A DNA stretch of 15,319 nucleotides from Candidatus Hodarchaeota archaeon (lineage in GTDB: Archaea > Asgardarchaeota > Heimdallarchaeia > Hodarchaeales > Hodarchaeaceae). Within the stretch, counting starts at the first letter, position 1. Each line of letters begins with the position of its first letter. The DNA is taken from positions 1 through 15,319 of the forward strand of contig JAHQWW010000087.1 in NCBI GenBank assembly GCA_029856365.1. Reading direction: 5' to 3'. Shown in pieces: positions 7,267-15,319 of the stretch. The position numbers and the translations under genes were made by a program. A model generated the notes under the pieces. It had not been told where the DNA came from. It saw only the letters and a program-made list of their open reading frames with translations, and did not search any database.

Positions 7267-7431
7267 ATGAAAAGTGATGGTCACAAATTCCTTGTTAAAG
7301 AAATTGATTTTTTAAAACAGGTAAATAATAAAGGTTCTGAAATTAAAGTAAAGTACAAAGAATTTGATCAAATAGAAAGAGAAATCGGGGTATCAGCGGA
7401 TCAATTGACAGATGGATTAATGTTAGAATGA
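7267..7431 (+). CDS. Small hypothetical protein (54 aa from ATG 7267; track gives 7156)
   Basis: MKSDGHKFLVKEIDF...GLMLE. Its TGA overlaps the next ATG (ATGA). Confidence 0.45.
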   Translation: MKSDGHKFLVKEIDFLKQVNNKGSEIKVKYKEFDQIEREIGVSADQLTDGLMLE

Positions 7432-7604
7432 ATAATTTGGAAGAAAAAACAAATGACATTGATAGAGATATTGATATTTTAGCTCGATTATTTGTTGAAA
7501 TGGAGGATAAAGTTGAAGATATTAAAGTAATTCAGATTAAATATTTACATGAGCACAAGGAGAATGAGAATCAAGAAAATAATATCACTTTCAAGCACCA
7601 ATAA
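7428..7604 (+). CDS. Small acidic coiled-coil-like hypothetical protein (58 aa, not in the ORF track)
   Basis: MNNLEEKTNDIDRDIDILARLFVEMEDKVEDIKVIQIKYLHEHKENENQENNITFKHQ. ATGA overlap with the previous ORF, and a T-run follows at ~7619-7626. Confidence 0.5.
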   Translation: MNNLEEKTNDIDRDIDILARLFVEMEDKVEDIKVIQIKYLHEHKENENQENNITFKHQ

Positions 7605-7723
7605 CAAGTAAATTACTCTTTTTTTTATTCATGAACCATTTATATAATCCCACATAAAAAAGAATTGACACAGAACCAGTGAGAACCATACCCAAGTTAT
7701 AGAAAATCGCACCATTGGGATTA

Positions 7724-7933
7724 TCATAAAGTGATCATTAAGCAATTGGTTGGATGAGAGGAAACGGTTTCAGGCATTAACTTCATTTTACTTGTGATGT
7801 CTGCCTCATCTGGGGTATAGATCCACTGGAGAACTTTCAGGTGGGTTCCATCCTCCGTTTTAGCAAAACCGTTTGGAACATTATCCAGAGTTTCAGCCAA
7901 TCTTTCATAAGGATCTAATAGCGTTTCAGTCAA
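7724..7933 (-). pseudogene. N-terminal fragment of a 4Fe-4S-binding (dicluster-type) protein
   Basis: YERLAETLDNVPNGFAKTEDG..LKVLQWIYTPDEA...KMKLMPET resembles the N-terminus of that family. It ends before any Cys motif. GGAGTGA SD upstream of the TTG. Confidence 0.65.
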
Positions 7934-8199
7934 TTTTAAGTCACTCCGATATAACGCCTTATAATTCAGAAAAGGTCATAATTTTTATTATACTGGAATA
8001 TATCAGTAAATTTATTTTAAGAGCGAAAAAACAAACAGTGGTATCAAAAAAAAGGACTATGGGGAGAAAGGAGTAATATTCCAAAGAAGAGGTTGCCTGA
8101 AGAATGTAAAATAGAAAGCGGTCTATCAAATCATCACCGTCTTTTTGACAAGTTGATGGAAAAAATACCCCTAATGTATTTTTAAATAAATTCCTTTTT

Positions 8200-9858
8200 T
8201 TGATTCATTTTAATAAACAAAGAGGAATTAGGATGTTTGTCCAGAATAATACGACTAAGAGAACGTTTAAATTTAATAAGGCCAATACTCGAATAATAAT
8301 AGCTTTTTTTCACATCAATATTCTGTTTTGGGGTTTTTTTATTATGCTAAATTCATTTTTTTTAGTGAGCAATTTGTCACCAGTCTCGGCAAGCTTATTT
8401 CCGAGACAAGAGGTGGGTTTTATTGGTGAAGCGGAACAGGATAAAGCAGGTATGTCTCTTTCAGATGTAGGAGATGTAAATAATGATGACTATGATGATT
8501 TCATAATAGGAGCTTCCTCAAATGATGAAGGCGGGGTTGAAGCAGGGCAGACATATCTCATATTAGGAAGGCCTGGCAACAAATGGAAGGAAGAATACAG
8601 TCTCTCAGAATCAAATGCTTCTTTTATTGGGGAAAATGGTCTGGACTTTTCTGGATGGAGCGTTTCAGGAGCGGGAGACGTAAATAGCGATGGTTACAAT
8701 GACTTCGTCATAGGAGCACCAGGATTTTATATTGGAGAAGCACAATTAGGGCAAGTATATCTTATTCTTGGTCGACCAGGTGATAAATGGAGCATGGATA
8801 CTACACTTTCACTGGCAAATGCTTCTTTCATAGGTGAGCATGAGGATCTCATGGTGGGGAGCCATGTTGCTGGAGTAGGAGATGTAAATAATGATGGGTA
8901 TGATGATTTTGCTATTGGAGGTGGAAATACTACTTACGTTATTTTTGGAAAAGAAACAAATGAATGGACAATGGATGTTTCACTTATAAATGCAGATCGA
9001 TTCATTATTGCAGGATCAAATGTTTTCGGAGTGGGAGATGTGAATAATGATAATTATCACGATCTTGCTATTGGTATACCTAGTGATGATGATGGGGGTG
9101 TTGATGCTGGGCAAACGTTTCTTTTTTTCGGCAGAGCAACCAGTGAATGGGATACCTGGATATTCAGAAATGAAGCAGATGCCTCATTTATAGGTGAGGT
9201 AGCAGATGACTATTCCGGTCTCTCAGTGTCTCGTTTAGGCGATGTAAATAGTGATGATTATGACGATCTCCTAATTGGAGCACCTTGGAATGATGAAGGA
9301 GGGGCGATTGCAGGTCAAACATATCTAATACTTGGTCGTGCAACCAATAAGTGGGAATTTGGAGCTTCTCTATTAGACGCAAATGCATCATTTATTGGGG
9401 AAGCTGCGTCAGACGAATCTGGTTGGGGAATTTCAGGAGTTGATGATGTGAATAATGATGGGCTTTCAGATTTCGTTATAGGGGCATTTGGAAATGAGGA
9501 TAGTGCTCATTACGCAGGAAAAACATATCTCCTCCTTGGCAAACCTACTGGACAATGGATCATGGACACTTCCCTCTCAACAGCTGATCTCTCAATGGTC
9601 GGAGAAGCCTTTGGAGATCATTTAGGTATAAAAGTCTCAGGTGCCAAGGATGTAGATAATGATGGATTTGATGAGTTTCTTGTAGTAGCCTATTTCAACG
9701 ATCAGGGTGGTGTGGATGCAGGAAAGGTATATTTGATACTTCATCCATTTTATGAGTGCACAACCATAATTCAAACAACTCCTATTTCATTTACGCCAAT
9801 TCTAGTAGTACTATGTCTGGTTGTCCAAATATCGTATTTTAAAAAGAGAAAAAGCTGA
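8200..9858 (+). CDS. Membrane-anchored FG-GAP / integrin-alpha-like seven-repeat beta-propeller surface protein
   Basis: Seven DVxxDxxxDxxxG-type repeats with GAP and GQTYLILG motifs, an N-terminal hydrophobic segment, and a C-terminal Thr-rich linker + TM helix + KKRKS tail. Confidence 0.92.
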   Translation: MIHFNKQRGIRMFVQNNTTKRTFKFNKANTRIIIAFFHINILFWGFFIMLNSFFLVSNLSPVSASLFPRQEVGFIGEAEQDKAGMSLSDVGDVNNDDYDDFIIGASSNDEGGVEAGQTYLILGRPGNKWKEEYSLSESNASFIGENGLDFSGWSVSGAGDVNSDGYNDFVIGAPGFYIGEAQLGQVYLILGRPGDKWSMDTTLSLANASFIGEHEDLMVGSHVAGVGDVNNDGYDDFAIGGGNTTYVIFGKETNEWTMDVSLINADRFIIAGSNVFGVGDVNNDNYHDLAIGIPSDDDGGVDAGQTFLFFGRATSEWDTWIFRNEADASFIGEVADDYSGLSVSRLGDVNSDDYDDLLIGAPWNDEGGAIAGQTYLILGRATNKWEFGASLLDANASFIGEAASDESGWGISGVDDVNNDGLSDFVIGAFGNEDSAHYAGKTYLLLGKPTGQWIMDTSLSTADLSMVGEAFGDHLGIKVSGAKDVDNDGFDEFLVVAYFNDQGGVDAGKVYLILHPFYECTTIIQTTPISFTPILVVLCLVVQISYFKKRKS

Positions 9859-9903
9859 TCGAACCTAAAAAGAGACCATGATATACTCAAAATAGAAGTA
9901 TAA

Positions 9904-10275
9904 TTAATAGGATGGAAAGAAAAAATGACTTGTACCATAACTATTTATGATGAAATTATAGCAATGAGCGATAATATGAATCAGCGATTCACTCCTCTTA
10001 TATATAAAGTTCAACGAAGCATATAGATCCTCCTGCGTAAGAAGATCAATGTCACCACTGATAGCGTTTGGTAATCCTACACTCCATCCATCAATCTCTT
10101 CTTTCTGTAAAAAGAATATTCCAAGGCTATCAGGATATTTAAACCAAATTTCAGGTGAACTACCGAAATCATGAACGAAAAGAATAGGAAAACCTGTTCG
10201 ATCTACATTTTTATTTATTAGACGGGCTGTTCCATGCTCTGTTTTTATTTCATAAATTGCTCGCTCAACGCTCAT
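9904..10275 (-). pseudogene. Truncated alpha/beta-hydrolase (N-terminal part)
   Basis: PILFVHDFGSSPEIW (cf. LVHGxxxSxxxW) and IHIIAH, where the GHSxGG nucleophile elbow should continue. The sequence then becomes unrelated and stops. Confidence 0.6.
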
Positions 10276-10708
10276 TTGCTGATTGGAAATTTTCGTATTT
10301 TTAATTCCTTTTCATGATTTTTAGCTCCATAGGCACCCACCAAAAATTCATGATTCAATGGCTAATATATCGTTGATGAACTAATGAAGTGAAGTTAAAT
10401 CAACCGATCTAAGATTAAATTATCTCAACCACATTCTAAACAATTTAAGGTAGATTTGATTGAAAAATTCCATAGCAAAATATGCACATACATTTGTCAT
10501 TTTTTGCATCCAACACTCTTTTATTATAATAAGGCTATAATGACCGCATTATTACAAGTCTTCATAAAACCTAGAACTCTATCAAAAAATACCTAGTTGG
10601 TTGTGGGCAAATCTAGGGTCAAGAGAACGTATAATTGACCATTTTGAAGATTGATATTTAATTTCATATAATTAATACAGGCCTTATGGCTTTAAAAAGG
10701 TTGTAAGG

Positions 10709-12172
10709 ATGGGATTTTCAAAACAATCTCTCTATTTAGAGACTGTCGGTACCATTTCAGAAGAGATAAGTCATGAATTCATTGCTGAGCTCTTAGACTA
10801 TCTATACATAATAAAAATCCATGCTACAGCAAAGGTCAAGGAAATTCCATATATATGTAAAAAATTGTTTAAGGATTACACAAAACCCTTTTGCGACAAA
10901 TATTCATTTTTAACAAACATTCAAATGTATCCAAGAGATACTAGAAGAAATTACTCTTTCGTCCTCACTTATTCAGGAACAAAAATTATCCTCCCTTATA
11001 ATATGTTAGCCTTTGAAGCACTAAATCCCAAGAACACCATTCTAGATCAATTGAAGTGTTCAAATAATGTAGAATCATTTTTTTTCACTTTAAGTAAGTT
11101 TTTTCATGATTTAAATTTGCCATTAGTCAAAAATGACATCAAAATTATTAAATTCTTAATGGATCCAATAATCCGAAATGAGATACCCTCCATCCCGACA
11201 AACAGGCAAATAGCAACGTCACTGGATGTTAGTGAAAATACTATTTCAAGAAGACTTAATCAATTATATTGTAATTCCATCCTTTGCCACACTTACCGTG
11301 TAGATATAGCTAAATTAGGATATTATACCTCTACAATTATTCATATTGATAATCTAGACATCCTACCTCCGATTTTTAAGCCATACTGCCTTGTCGATGT
11401 TTTACTCGACTGGGGAGAATTTATGGCAAAAATGAAAATCCTTCAAATTCCTTCAACTCAGAAAAGTGTTTTTTGTGAAATTAAAGACTATTTTGAACCT
11501 CTCTATGAAGTAACACTAACCAAAAACTACATAGGATGGAATTTGAACAGTTTAACTTCTAAAACAGAAGAGAGGTGGCAAAATTTACCTCCAATATTCC
11601 TGTGTGATAAGTGGACTGATCACCAATTTTCAGGAAAATTAGGTGTTGAGCAAAATCTAATTTCCAATAAAAATACTTTCAAAATTACTACTACACAAGC
11701 AAGGATGCTTGATCTTATTCAAAATGGGACAATAATGTCAAAAAGATATCTTAGCAAAAAATTAAATATAGGTCAAAAATACATCAAACAATTTTTCGAT
11801 GAATTTTTCCTAAAAAGGCTCATCAAACGATTTTCTATTCTTTCAAATATAGGTCTCGGATCTAAAGTTTGGATTACATTACTGGGACCAAGGTCAAATA
11901 GTGGTATAGACCTACTCAATAATATTATCAAACATTTGAAATTCTTCCCTTTTACTTACTTATTTTACAATGATAATAACCTTGATTCAAGGGGAAGGAT
12001 TTTACTCACTGGACTTCTTTGCATGCCTTCATCTTGGTATGATGATCTCTATAATGTCTGGTTTGATCTACTAGAAGAGGGGTTCGTACCAAAAATCAAC
12101 ATCAACCAGGGTAATGTTAAATGGGGAATAGATTTAGAACAGACTTATGATTTTTCTGCTTACATTTCTTAG
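10709..12172 (+). CDS. Large regulator-like protein with two winged-HTH (Lrp/AsnC-like) modules
   Basis: PTNRQIATSLDVSENTISRRLNQL...VDIAKLGY and RMLDLIQNG..SKRYLSKKLNIG...LSNIGL. Confidence 0.75.
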   Translation: MGFSKQSLYLETVGTISEEISHEFIAELLDYLYIIKIHATAKVKEIPYICKKLFKDYTKPFCDKYSFLTNIQMYPRDTRRNYSFVLTYSGTKIILPYNMLAFEALNPKNTILDQLKCSNNVESFFFTLSKFFHDLNLPLVKNDIKIIKFLMDPIIRNEIPSIPTNRQIATSLDVSENTISRRLNQLYCNSILCHTYRVDIAKLGYYTSTIIHIDNLDILPPIFKPYCLVDVLLDWGEFMAKMKILQIPSTQKSVFCEIKDYFEPLYEVTLTKNYIGWNLNSLTSKTEERWQNLPPIFLCDKWTDHQFSGKLGVEQNLISNKNTFKITTTQARMLDLIQNGTIMSKRYLSKKLNIGQKYIKQFFDEFFLKRLIKRFSILSNIGLGSKVWITLLGPRSNSGIDLLNNIIKHLKFFPFTYLFYNDNNLDSRGRILLTGLLCMPSSWYDDLYNVWFDLLEEGFVPKININQGNVKWGIDLEQTYDFSAYIS

Positions 12173-12306
12173 ATAATTGAGTTCACAGTAGTACGCTATA
12201 GGTGTTATAGATTCATACAAAAGCTGTTCAAGACTTCTTAGAAGGTTCAAAAAAATAGATCAATTATAAGGTTCATTCTTGTTATATTTTCCTCATCAAT
12301 TTGCTT

Positions 12307-12911
12307 TCAAAGACATCTATTGATGGACATCTGCTTCTCGAGATATTGAAGCTTTTGTTGATAATCTTGCGCTTTGTAAAAAATCTCTCCTAAAGGGAGA
12401 TCGTACCAGATATTAAGAATTTCGGTTTTGAAATTCTGTATTGTGTTACGATATTGTTGTTCAATGTAATCACAGAGGCACCCTTGTTCTATTATTTGCG
12501 ATTCAATGTCATCTTTTTGAACCATACAATCTTGAACACGCTGAATAGTTTCATCAAGGGGAAGACTTTCAGGAATATTGCTGAAACATTCTATCGTACT
12601 TTTGTATTGAAGGTGAAGAGCTGTACATTCTGATACTATCGATTGATCCTCCTCAGTAGATAATGCCTGATAGAGTTCCTTCACTAATGGCACTGGTTCA
12701 AATTTTTTAAGCAAATTTAAACAAGCATGGATATTTCGGCCGATTATGCATTCACATATTTGTGATGGAAACCCTAAACATAGAAATTTTTCAAGTTCAC
12801 TGCGATTGGGAATATTTATTATCCTATCATCGTGTACCTGTCTTCTAGCTTTATTTAGGAGATAACTCGAGAAGCCTAAAGTTACTATTAGACTGAGAGT
12901 CTTTTTTTCAT
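12307..12911 (-). CDS. Cys-rich hypothetical protein with an N-terminal hydrophobic leader, split by an A7 homopolymer frameshift just after the ATG
   Basis: The frame of the track ORF (12307-12714) stays open up to ~12906 (KKTLSLIVTLGFSSYLL...). The ATG at 12911 is one base out of frame (ATG AAAAAAA G). Confidence 0.65.
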
Positions 12912-13285
12912 CTTGGCAATTTTCTCAAGCCTATTCTAGAAGTTCACTATTGATATTGGATTTATGTTGAATATATGCCTCTATTTATTTTATAATTACT
13001 GATGCTGTGCTTTCTATATTCTAAATGGATTGATAGATGACTTAATCCAATAATGTTTGATGTATAGAAACTATCGATTTAGAGCGAGCTCTTATTCTTC
13101 TTCGAGAACAGGATATTTGGCCATTCAACCTAGAGGTTTGACAACAAGAAGGCTATTAGAATAATGGGATGAATAAAGATAGACAGGGTGCTTTTTTATC
13201 AAACATGGCTCACTAAAAAATTCTGCAGGATCACGGAAAAATACTAATTTATTGTTATTACAATTTTCTGAGGGGAATTATAACT

Positions 13286-14689
13286 TTGAAAGAAGATTTA
13301 GGTAAAAATGTATTACTTCTACATGCGCCAATCGCTCAATACACATTTGGGAAAAAATGGAGAGCGACTAAAGGCTTATCTCCCCCCCTTGGATTACTCT
13401 ATCTTGGCTCTCCACTACTAAAAGTAGGTTATAACGTAAAATTTGTGGATTTAAATGTTGATAAATTATCAAGGAAGGAATTTTTGAAAATTATTGAAGC
13501 CCAAGACTTCATCTTAATAACCTGCTATACTCTTACAATAAATAATGTGAAAAAAATTATCCAAGATATCAAGGAGGTGAATAACAAAGGAGTCATTCTG
13601 TGTGGCGGGCCTCACTGTAATATTACTCAAGAGTATATTGAAGGTTCTTTCATTACCTGTATTGGAGAAGTGGAAGGATATATTGTACAAATCCTCCATT
13701 TAATTGAGACAAAAAAACCTTTAGAAGTTATTCCTGGATTAATTTATAAGAAAGATGGGGAATTGGTTAAAAATACGGGTGTCATGAAAATAAATAATTT
13801 GGATTCTAGTATATTCCCTGCTTGGGAGTTATTAGACAAGAAAAAATACGGATACATTGGTAATGCTCAACTAGATCTCGCGTGGATCATGAGTACACGG
13901 GGGTGTCCTTTTAATTGTTATTTTTGTGCTCGTATGTTATATAGTAAATACCGTGAAAGAAGTGTCGATAATGTAGTTGCGGAGTTAAAATCTCTAGTAA
14001 AACAAGGTTACAAGTATATTGCTTTTGGTGATGACAATTTCTTACTTAATAAAAATAGGGTTCATGAGATTATGGAGAGAATTATCTTAGAAAAGATAAA
14101 TATCAAGATGGCTGTTCAAGGAAGAGTTGACTCGGCTGATTTTAATATGTTTCAGAAAATGCGAAAAGCAGGGGTCATTGCAATATTTTTTGGAATTGAA
14201 AGCGCTAATCAGGATGTACTTGACTTTTATAACAAGAAAACGACAGTAGAGCAAGGAATCGAAGCAATAAAAACAGCTAATCAAGCAGGTTTAATAACAA
14301 TAGGATTTTTCATAATAGGAGCTCCGTTTGAAACAGATAAACACATTAAACAAAATTTGGAATATTTCAATAGCGTACCTCTAGATTTAATTAGTTGCTA
14401 CGATTTAACATATGTGGTAGGGACAAAGCTATGGAAAAATGCTGTTAAAAAAGGAATAATTGAAAAATCAGAACTTTTTGTCCGTGCTGATAAAAAAACA
14501 TCCAATTATTCATCAGAAGAAATATCAGAAATTAAGAATGATTTAATTAAACATTTTTATAAAAATCCCCACAGATTACTAAGGGTTCTATACAAGGCTT
14601 TACGCCTTGGTGAACTAGGTCTTATTTACAAAGGACTTCTGAATGTTGGCGCAATATTATCGAAAATGCGTGGATTTACTACCGTTTGA
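13286..14689 (+). CDS. B12-binding radical SAM protein (class B methyltransferase-like)
   Basis: PPLGLLYL, GGPH, GEVE in the B12-binding region; STRGCPFNCYFC (CxxxCxxC); DDNF; GIES; FIIGAPFET. GAGGGG SD before the TTG. Confidence 0.95.
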   Translation: MKEDLGKNVLLLHAPIAQYTFGKKWRATKGLSPPLGLLYLGSPLLKVGYNVKFVDLNVDKLSRKEFLKIIEAQDFILITCYTLTINNVKKIIQDIKEVNNKGVILCGGPHCNITQEYIEGSFITCIGEVEGYIVQILHLIETKKPLEVIPGLIYKKDGELVKNTGVMKINNLDSSIFPAWELLDKKKYGYIGNAQLDLAWIMSTRGCPFNCYFCARMLYSKYRERSVDNVVAELKSLVKQGYKYIAFGDDNFLLNKNRVHEIMERIILEKINIKMAVQGRVDSADFNMFQKMRKAGVIAIFFGIESANQDVLDFYNKKTTVEQGIEAIKTANQAGLITIGFFIIGAPFETDKHIKQNLEYFNSVPLDLISCYDLTYVVGTKLWKNAVKKGIIEKSELFVRADKKTSNYSSEEISEIKNDLIKHFYKNPHRLLRVLYKALRLGELGLIYKGLLNVGAILSKMRGFTTV

Positions 14690-14738
14690 AAATGTGATTG
14701 AGTATTCCTGATGTTATCCGTGTTGTGGTGGTTTAATA

Positions 14739-15026
14739 ATGAAAAAGAGAACTATGCCAGTTGTGATAGCGTTGGTGACTGTGATCATCTTGTTACCATT
14801 ATTCTCGGTTTTGTCTCCTAGACAGCAAGAGCCAAGAATTCATGGGATAATGGATATTTATGGAACTTTTAAAGAGTTGACCACGGAGTTCGGAATCTAG
14901 ATAACACATATTGGAATAGCAGAAATGCCAACATATGAAGAGTTACAGTCTCAGGCCGAGAAATCTGAAAATGAGAAACTATTGGTGATCAATAGCTCGC
15001 TAGTGATGGTCAAAGAAAAGACATAA
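14739..15026 (+). pseudogene. Small signal-peptide-bearing ORF interrupted by an in-frame TAG
   Basis: GGTGG SD; MKKRTMPVVIALVTVIILLPLFSVLSP...EFGI, TAG at 14898-14900, then 41 more sense codons to TAA 15024-15026. Confidence 0.5.
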
Positions 15027-15051
15027 GCTGGTAATGATTGGAAAATGATAT
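15013..15051 (+). repeat. Cassette-boundary repeat copy I (core and right half)
   Basis: ...GAC ATA AGCTGG TAATG ATTGGAAAA TG ATAT. Same GCTGG-N5-ATTGGAAAA-N2-ATAT spacing as copy B. Overlaps the stop of the 14739 ORF. Confidence 0.6.
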
Positions 15052-15119
15052 TTTAAAGTTTAGCAAAAATAAGTTGAACAATTCGTCGATACTGATTTTT
15101 GAATTCTACAGGAAAGATT

Positions 15120-15319
15120 GACGGGATGCTGGCAATAAAGACCAGCCAATATGACCTTTGAGGAAGCAGCTGCCGTTCCTGTTGGGGGAATGGTAGCATT
15201 AGATATTCTTAGAAAAGGAAATATCCAGAGTGGACAAAAAGTACTAATCTATGGCGCTTCTGGAAGTGTAGGTACTTTTGCGGTACAGCTTGCCAAGTAC
15301 TTTGGAGCAGAAGTTACCG
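15120..15319 (+). pseudogene. 5'-truncated, frameshifted MDR-family NAD(P)-dependent alcohol dehydrogenase/quinone oxidoreductase; runs off the window
   Basis: DGMLAIK, one extra base at ~15141, then [55 protein letters not shown]. The N-terminal GroES-like domain is absent upstream. Confidence 0.85.

Noticed and set aside
8130-8170. CACCGTC...ATGGAAAAAATAC as another repeat copy
   Set aside because: The spacing fits but the GGCTGG core is absent. Similar weak matches at ~7745 and ~10350-10363 were also left uncalled.
9821-9832. CTATGTCTGGTT matching copy F (similar short matches at ~12055 and ~15142)
   Set aside because: They lie inside coding sequence with no flanking arm similarity, so codons or chance explain them.
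12307-14689. Radical SAM plus Cys-rich ORF as a RiPP cluster
   Set aside because: The genes are divergent, the Cys-rich product is ~200 aa, and no precursor-like peptide, SPASM domain, peptidase or transporter is visible.

Overview
AT-rich accessory region, probably from an archaeon. GGAGG/GGTGA-type SD motifs and the style of the tandem-HTH and C-terminally anchored surface proteins suggest Asgard/Heimdallarchaeia, but this is inference only. The left half (~1-7600) is a string of small, functionally unrelated one- or two-gene modules: an HNH remnant, two SAM methyltransferases, a TumE/DUF6516-like TA pair on the minus strand, a RelBE-like remnant, a transglutaminase-like protein, a RimJ/RimL GNAT, MntA-MntA-HepT and small orphans. 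The main observation is a degenerate ~39-bp non-coding repeat (approx. TAATGTyGTC-wAw-GGCTGG-tTTAr-ATwGGAAAA-rT-ATAT) that sits just 3' of most modules and follows the strand of the preceding gene. Copies lie at 522, 1531, 1751 (minus), 2716, 4245, 5136 and 6073, with a right-half copy at ~15013. The layout resembles an integron-like or pdif-like gene-cassette array, but the site is not a canonical attC, and no recombinase is encoded in the window. The right half holds a seven-repeat FG-GAP (integrin-alpha-like) surface protein, a tandem-HTH regulator, a B12-binding radical SAM enzyme and several truncated or frameshifted genes.
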